Positions 58,685 through 64,000 of a stretch of DNA of 64,000 bases are shown here, one piece after another. Location of the stretch: the NCBI GenBank assembly GCA_963682135.1, contig OY821645.1, positions 1,024,001 to 1,088,000 of the forward strand. The letters run 5' to 3'. Source of the DNA: Methanothrix sp. Lineage in GTDB: Archaea > Halobacteriota > Methanosarcinia > Methanotrichales > Methanotrichaceae. The first letter of the stretch is position 1. Each line of letters starts with the position of its first letter. Below the pieces are notes generated by a model, which was not told the origin of the DNA, did no database searches, and was given only the letters and a program-made list of their open reading frames with translations. The position numbers and the translations under genes are program-made.

Positions 58685-59490
58685 GTATAGTCATCGATTT
58701 TCACACACACATCTATCCGCAATGGGTGGCGGCCAAGATCCTGCCTGCGGCTAAAAGAAAGCTGAAGGTAGCAGTGCCCGGCACAGGCTCGCCGGAAGAT
58801 CTGCGTCGCATGATGCAAGCAGCAGGTATTGCCGGATCAGTGCTCCTGCCCCTGGCCAAAGGCAGGGAGGACGTCTCCAGCCTCAATGACTGGATCTTAT
58901 CCGTTTCTAGAGAGAACCATGAGCTGACAGCCTTTGGCGCTGTGCACCCCTTCATGCAAAACCTGGAGGCGGAGCTGGACCGGCTGGCAGCCTGGGGCGT
59001 TAAGGGAGTGAAGATGATGCCCCTCTTGCAGGAGGTCTATCCTGATGATCCGCGCTGTGGCCGGCTTTTCGAGGCATTGATAGAGAGAAAAATGATCCTG
59101 GTGGCTCATGCAGGCCGGGATCCATTGGACCGGCCCGAGGTCTTTGGCACGCCGGATCGCTTCGCCAGGACAATTGAATGCTATCCGGACCTCAGACTGG
59201 TGCTGGCTCATCTGGGGGGTCTGCGCATGTGGGATGATGTGCGCCGCTACCTGCTCTCCGCCGGCGGAAATGTCTATTTCGACACAGCTTACGTCTCCTT
59301 TTACATGGGACGGGACGAGATGGGGGAGTTGATAAGGGATATCGGGCCAGAGAGAGTCATATTTGGCAGTGATTACCCCTGGGAGGAGCCGGGAAGGGCG
59401 GCGGAGATCATTAAGGGCCTGGGACTCTGTGAGGCGGAAGAACAGGCAGTTCTCGGCAAAAATGCGGCCAAGCTCCTGGATGTTGGTTAG
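58681..59490 (+). CDS. Amidohydrolase_2 family metal-dependent hydrolase
   Basis: [23 protein letters not shown]. Confidence 0.88.
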   Translation: MSIVIDFHTHIYPQWVAAKILPAAKRKLKVAVPGTGSPEDLRRMMQAAGIAGSVLLPLAKGREDVSSLNDWILSVSRENHELTAFGAVHPFMQNLEAELDRLAAWGVKGVKMMPLLQEVYPDDPRCGRLFEALIERKMILVAHAGRDPLDRPEVFGTPDRFARTIECYPDLRLVLAHLGGLRMWDDVRRYLLSAGGNVYFDTAYVSFYMGRDEMGELIRDIGPERVIFGSDYPWEEPGRAAEIIKGLGLCEAEEQAVLGKNAAKLLDVG

Positions 59491-59565
59491 AGCTTACTGC
59501 TAACGCCTTGGACAAAAGAGATTGAGCCAAAGGTTTATACTTCTTTACAATAGATGTGCCGATCC

Positions 59566-59748
59566 ATGAAACACGATCTTCTTGACATTTTAGCCTGTCC
59601 GCTATGCAAGGGTGACCTCACTATCGAGGTGTTCGAAGAGAATGAGAAGGAGATAGTGACGGGAAAGCTCTGCTGTCAGGCCTGTAAGGAATGCTATCCC
59701 ATTGAAGACGGCATTCCCAATATGCTGCCGCCCGATCTGAGAGATTAG
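59566..59748 (+). CDS. trm112: Trm112-family methyltransferase activator
   Basis: LLDILACPLCKG.L...L.C..C...YPIEDGIPNML. Confidence 0.9.
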   Translation: MKHDLLDILACPLCKGDLTIEVFEENEKEIVTGKLCCQACKECYPIEDGIPNMLPPDLRD

Positions 59749-59824
59749 TCTTCCCTGCAGTCTAACTCACTAGCAAAATATTTATATAATATTATGTGAT
59801 ATAGGATAAGGGGGAGCATCGGCA

Positions 59825-61132
59825 TTGGATCATGTTGTTCACATCAACAATGGCAGCGGGGCGGCTAAACCAATCGTCTTGCGTCTTCTTCCCGGCGAGG
59901 AGACCATATTCAATCTCAAAGTCCTCAATGACGGGGAGCCTTCTAACATCTCTTTGCTGGCCAGCAGCCCCGTCTTCAAGGCGGTGCGTTTGAAGAAGCC
60001 GGATCATTACGTGGTCCTTGAGGAGATCATACCCATACTTGCCAGGATGCCGGCCGACAAGAAGCGTCTGGATGGCGAGATTCTCCTTTCCAGCAGCGAC
60101 GGAGAAAGCCGGGTGCCCATTACTCTGCTGCGTGATTCGGAAGATCCGGGCGATGATCTGGAAGAGCCCGGTCTGCAGGGGGACGAGGAATTGAGGGACG
60201 ATGAAGCTTATGAAGATGATGAGGATGTCGATCTAACGGGTCGGCAGAGTTCCGGCAGGGACCGGGGTGATGCTGATGATGCCGATGATGACGATGATGA
60301 GTATGACTATGAAAGTGTCAAGCGAGTGAAGCGCAGCGATGAAGATGAGGATGAGGACGAGAGTGAAGAGACGGAGAAGGAACCGCGGCGCATAGCCTTC
60401 TCTCGCGACAAAGATCTGCAAAGATATCGGTCTGCTACCCGTCCGCAAAGAGCCGGCGGGATAGAAAGCCGCAGCGAGAAGCGCCTTCAAAAACCGGTAA
60501 AAGGCCGTTTAGATAAGGATCGCATAGACACTGATGATGATAACATCCGCATTGAAAATCGTTCTCGGGCTCGTATTGACGATCGTTTCGTAGACCCCGG
60601 CAATAGAGAGGACGATGGCCCGCGTTTTATTCCCCGGCAGCCACCTTCAGTGGAGCCGGAAGAATGGAAGGAAGTGCGAAATGAAGAGCGTACGCAGGAG
60701 TGGGCGGAAGAGGGACGGGAAGAGAGACGAGAAGAGAGAACGCAGGAAAGAATAAGGCCTGCTTCCGGCTATGAGGATCGCTACCATGGTTTTCGCCAGG
60801 GTTTTGACGGTGAGGCTGAGGCGCGAGCAGTTCCCACTTCTGACGCCGAGACTGCCGCCGAGAGACAGGAAAGGCTCCCTGAGGGGCCGGAGGCCTACGC
60901 CGAACAGGAGCAGGATGATGGGGCAGAGTCCATCTATCTGGACCGATTGGGCAGCTTTGGCGGCGTGGGCACACTCAAGGTCATCCCTGTAGTCCTATTT
61001 CTGGCGCTGGTTATCGTCCTGGTTATGACGTTTATTACGCAGAGCATTCCCGAGTTTCCCGGCGCTCTGGCATCGTCCATACTGATCGTCACCCTTATCA
61101 TATACGGAGCGGCTACGCTCCTCAAGGCGTGA
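59825..61132 (+). CDS. Membrane protein: N-terminal beta domain, long charged low-complexity linker, two C-terminal TM helices
   Basis: D/E/R-rich centre and hydrophobic C-terminal hairpin. Confidence 0.7.
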   Translation: MDHVVHINNGSGAAKPIVLRLLPGEETIFNLKVLNDGEPSNISLLASSPVFKAVRLKKPDHYVVLEEIIPILARMPADKKRLDGEILLSSSDGESRVPITLLRDSEDPGDDLEEPGLQGDEELRDDEAYEDDEDVDLTGRQSSGRDRGDADDADDDDDEYDYESVKRVKRSDEDEDEDESEETEKEPRRIAFSRDKDLQRYRSATRPQRAGGIESRSEKRLQKPVKGRLDKDRIDTDDDNIRIENRSRARIDDRFVDPGNREDDGPRFIPRQPPSVEPEEWKEVRNEERTQEWAEEGREERREERTQERIRPASGYEDRYHGFRQGFDGEAEARAVPTSDAETAAERQERLPEGPEAYAEQEQDDGAESIYLDRLGSFGGVGTLKVIPVVLFLALVIVLVMTFITQSIPEFPGALASSILIVTLIIYGAATLLKA

Positions 61133-61142
61133 GATGTAATTT

Positions 61143-62744
61143 ATGAGATATATTGTGGTCACAGGCGGGGTTATGAGTGGGCTTGGCAAGGGCATTACTG
61201 CGGCGTCCATTGGCAGGCTGCTCATGAACAGAGGCTATAAGGTTACAGCTATCAAAATCGATCCTTACATCAACATCGATGCCGGGCTCATGAGTCCCTT
61301 TCAGCATGGGGAGGTTTATGTCCTCAAGGATGGGGGCGAGGTAGACCTGGATCTGGGCAACTACGAACGCTTTTTGGATGTAGAACTGACCCGCGACCAC
61401 AACATCACCACCGGCAAGGTTTACAGCACTGTCATTGAAAAAGAGCGCAGAGGCGAGTATCTGGGCAAGACTGTGCAGATCATCCCCCACATCACTGAGG
61501 AGATCAAGAGGCGCATTCGCCAGGTCTCCCGGGACGGGGGCTGCGAGATCTGTCTAATCGAGGTTGGCGGGACAGTAGGTGACATTGAGTCCATGCCTTT
61601 CCTGGAGGCCATGCGCCAGCTCAAGTATGAGGAGACGGGCAATATCTTCTTCGTTCACGTCACTCTGGCTCCTTCCACCATAGACGGCGAGCAGAAAACC
61701 AAGCCCACCCAGCACAGCGTGAAAGAGATGCGCCAGCTGGGTCTACAGCCCGACATGATAGTAGTACGCTGCGAGCATCCCCTCCTGGAGGAGACCAAGC
61801 ACAAGATAGCCCACTTCTGCGATGTGCCCATGGAGGCTGTGATCAGCGCCCACAATGCTGACGACATCTACCGCGTGCCTTTGCAGATGGAGGCAGAGGG
61901 CCTGGCCAGGTACCTCATGAAGGCCATGCGGCTCTTCCCCCTGGAAGAGAGGAAGGACTGGGATGAGTTCGTGCAGAAGATGGACGCCGTGGAGGGCGTG
62001 GTGAAGGTGGCCATTGTGGGCAAATACACCGTGGGCTCGCAGTGTGCCGACCCCATGGAGGATGCCTACCTCTCCATTCGAGAGTCCCTCAAGCACGCCG
62101 GAATTGAGGCAGGAGTGAAGACGGATGTGCAGTGGATTGATGCCGAGGAGCTGGAGCACGGCTCGGCTGACATCATCTTGCGAGAGGCGGACGGCATTCT
62201 GGTTCCGGGCGGCTTTGGCTCCCGCGGCACGGAGGGCAAGATTAAGGCAGTGCAGTATGCCAGGGAGATGAAGGTTCCCTACCTGGGGCTGTGCTTCGGC
62301 ATGCAATTGGCCGTGATCGAGTACGCCAGAAACGTCTGCGGTTTGCAGGGGGCGAGCAGCACTGAGTTCGGGGCCACGCCTAACCCAGTGATCGCTCTAT
62401 TGCCGGAGCAGGAGAAGATCAGGCACATGGGCGCCACCATGCGGCTGGGCAACTATCCGGCCCACCTCAAGGAAGGCAGCCTGGCGCACAGGATTTACGG
62501 CACGGATGAGATCGTGGAGAGGCACCGGCACCGCTACGAGGTCAATCCCGCTTACATCTCCCAGATTGAGGAGAAAGGCATGATCTTTTCAGGAACCAAC
62601 GGGGATCTGATGGAGATCTGCGAGATACCGGAGCATCCTTTCTTCTTTGCTTCGCAATTCCACCCGGAGATGAAGTCACGACCGGGCAAGCCGTCGCCGC
62701 CGTTTCTGGCTTTTGTGGAAGCGATGAAGGGGAAAGCGAAATAA
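61143..62744 (+). CDS. pyrG: CTP synthase
   Basis: [53 protein letters not shown]. Confidence 0.98.
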   Translation: MRYIVVTGGVMSGLGKGITAASIGRLLMNRGYKVTAIKIDPYINIDAGLMSPFQHGEVYVLKDGGEVDLDLGNYERFLDVELTRDHNITTGKVYSTVIEKERRGEYLGKTVQIIPHITEEIKRRIRQVSRDGGCEICLIEVGGTVGDIESMPFLEAMRQLKYEETGNIFFVHVTLAPSTIDGEQKTKPTQHSVKEMRQLGLQPDMIVVRCEHPLLEETKHKIAHFCDVPMEAVISAHNADDIYRVPLQMEAEGLARYLMKAMRLFPLEERKDWDEFVQKMDAVEGVVKVAIVGKYTVGSQCADPMEDAYLSIRESLKHAGIEAGVKTDVQWIDAEELEHGSADIILREADGILVPGGFGSRGTEGKIKAVQYAREMKVPYLGLCFGMQLAVIEYARNVCGLQGASSTEFGATPNPVIALLPEQEKIRHMGATMRLGNYPAHLKEGSLAHRIYGTDEIVERHRHRYEVNPAYISQIEEKGMIFSGTNGDLMEICEIPEHPFFFASQFHPEMKSRPGKPSPPFLAFVEAMKGKAK

Positions 62745-62788
62745 ATAATATTTTTACAATCTTTTATTGGAGGGAGGGATGCTAATTT

Positions 62789-64000
62789 ATGTGGACCGTC
62801 AGGGTTGAAGATGTTAAAAATATTGGCCGGACTCCTGGAGGGGATCATTTTACAGAATTTGTAAATTCTCTAATTCGTGGTTGGTCGCATTTGCACGGGT
62901 TGCCATGCTCAGAAATATTTGATAATCAACGCACCAATAAACAAGATGGTGGAGTTGATACCGAAGTTTGCAGATCGATTCTAAACGATCCTTTAGGATG
63001 GATGGGCAATCCAACCATTTGGCAGTATAAAGCCACAGATTCGAGCGAGGTCTCTGAAAGTAAATTGGTAACTGAAATTAAAAAGTGGTATGTTGTTGAA
63101 TGCATTAATCAAGGTTATGCTTATCGATTTTGCATATGTGATAGCATTCCTAGCTATATGAAGAAATCCTGGGAAGACATCTTGAACAGAGAAATTAAAA
63201 GAATAAATGCAAATGCGCCTAATGCTAAGGTTTTAACTGCTGAGGATTTGGCGCAATGGGCTAGTCGTCTACCCGCAATAAATCTGCGTTATTTCCATCC
63301 GAGAATAGCTACATTAGGTTTGCATTTCGAAGCATGGGGAAAAAGTATTACAGAAATCACTCCCGAGTTCGTAAGATATCCCGCAATAGATGGAATCATA
63401 AATGAGATCCAAAATCACGTCAATTTTGGGATAATCGCGCCAAATGTAGTGTTACCTGTATCCGGTCTATCGGGTGTTGGCAAAACTAGACTCGTCTATG
63501 AGAGTTTGCTATTGTGTGATGGTACTAAATCACTTGTAATTTTCACTAACGATGAGTATAAAGCCGTTGAAATAGCGATGACTATCTCAAACAATTCTAT
63601 GATAAATGCGATTCTTGTAGCAGACGAGTGCGGACTCAATGGACGTTTGAGATTAATCGATTTGCTGCGCGGTCACAAAGATAGAGTTCGGGTTATTACA
63701 ATAGATAATTCCGGAGTACGACCGGATACTGGTTCACCAGAATTATGGATCGAAAAAATGCCTCCCGAAATTGTGGACGAAATCTTAGTTAAGAACTATC
63801 CAGGTGTGCCTATTGGGCGGAGGAGAGCTTATACTGATTTGTCTAAGGGATTTGTTAGGTTTGCTGCGGATTTATGTCGAAATGATAATATGATTGCATC
63901 GTCTGGGTGCGTGGACCCTGCTCTACGCGATATCAGAGAATACCTTAGAAAAAGATTCTCTTCAGAAGAATTGAAAGTGATTCAAGCATTATCTTTGGTA
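62789..64000 (+). CDS. Mrr-like PD-(D/E)xK nuclease fused to a STAND NTPase (Avs-like), truncated by the window end
   Basis: Not in the ORF track; hand translation MWTVRVED...QDGGVD...IWQYKA...GLSGVGKTRL (Walker A)...ILVADE (Walker B), open to 64000. Confidence 0.8.
   Translation, partial: MWTVRVEDVKNIGRTPGGDHFTEFVNSLIRGWSHLHGLPCSEIFDNQRTNKQDGGVDTEVCRSILNDPLGWMGNPTIWQYKATDSSEVSESKLVTEIKKWYVVECINQGYAYRFCICDSIPSYMKKSWEDILNREIKRINANAPNAKVLTAEDLAQWASRLPAINLRYFHPRIATLGLHFEAWGKSITEITPEFVRYPAIDGIINEIQNHVNFGIIAPNVVLPVSGLSGVGKTRLVYESLLLCDGTKSLVIFTNDEYKAVEIAMTISNNSMINAILVADECGLNGRLRLIDLLRGHKDRVRVITIDNSGVRPDTGSPELWIEKMPPEIVDEILVKNYPGVPIGRRRAYTDLSKGFVRFAADLCRNDNMIASSGCVDPALRDIREYLRKRFSSEELKVIQALSLV

Overview
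The window is archaeal chromosomal DNA. Gene content (ycaO-tfuA, top6AB, eIF5A, Nop5, RFC, oap/arv operon, many lineage-type secreted proteins) points to a methanogen, most likely Methanothrix (Methanosaeta)-like; that assignment is an inference. Housekeeping blocks lie at about 2.9-10.2 kb and 37-62.7 kb. An accessory stretch at about 10.2-37 kb carries a large group II PLP decarboxylase, tandem GadC-like antiporters, a vWA/propeller surface protein, a P-type ATPase, an Fdh-AsrA/B-like operon and a membrane-anchored NB-ARC/TPR protein. Three IS200/IS605-type elements are present, each preceded by TTAT: a tnpB-only element, a tnpA-only element and a 144-bp hairpin-only mini element. The best candidate for an undescribed system is an AT-rich three-gene operon at 14267-16366: a nucleotidyltransferase-fold (DUF6932-like) protein, a multidomain protein ending in a HicB-like domain, and a HicA-like RNase toxin. 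A Mrr-like nuclease fused to a STAND NTPase (Avs-like) starts at 62789, runs off the window end and is missing from the ORF track. I saw no rRNA, tRNA or CRISPR array. All family assignments come from motif recognition by eye, not database searches.
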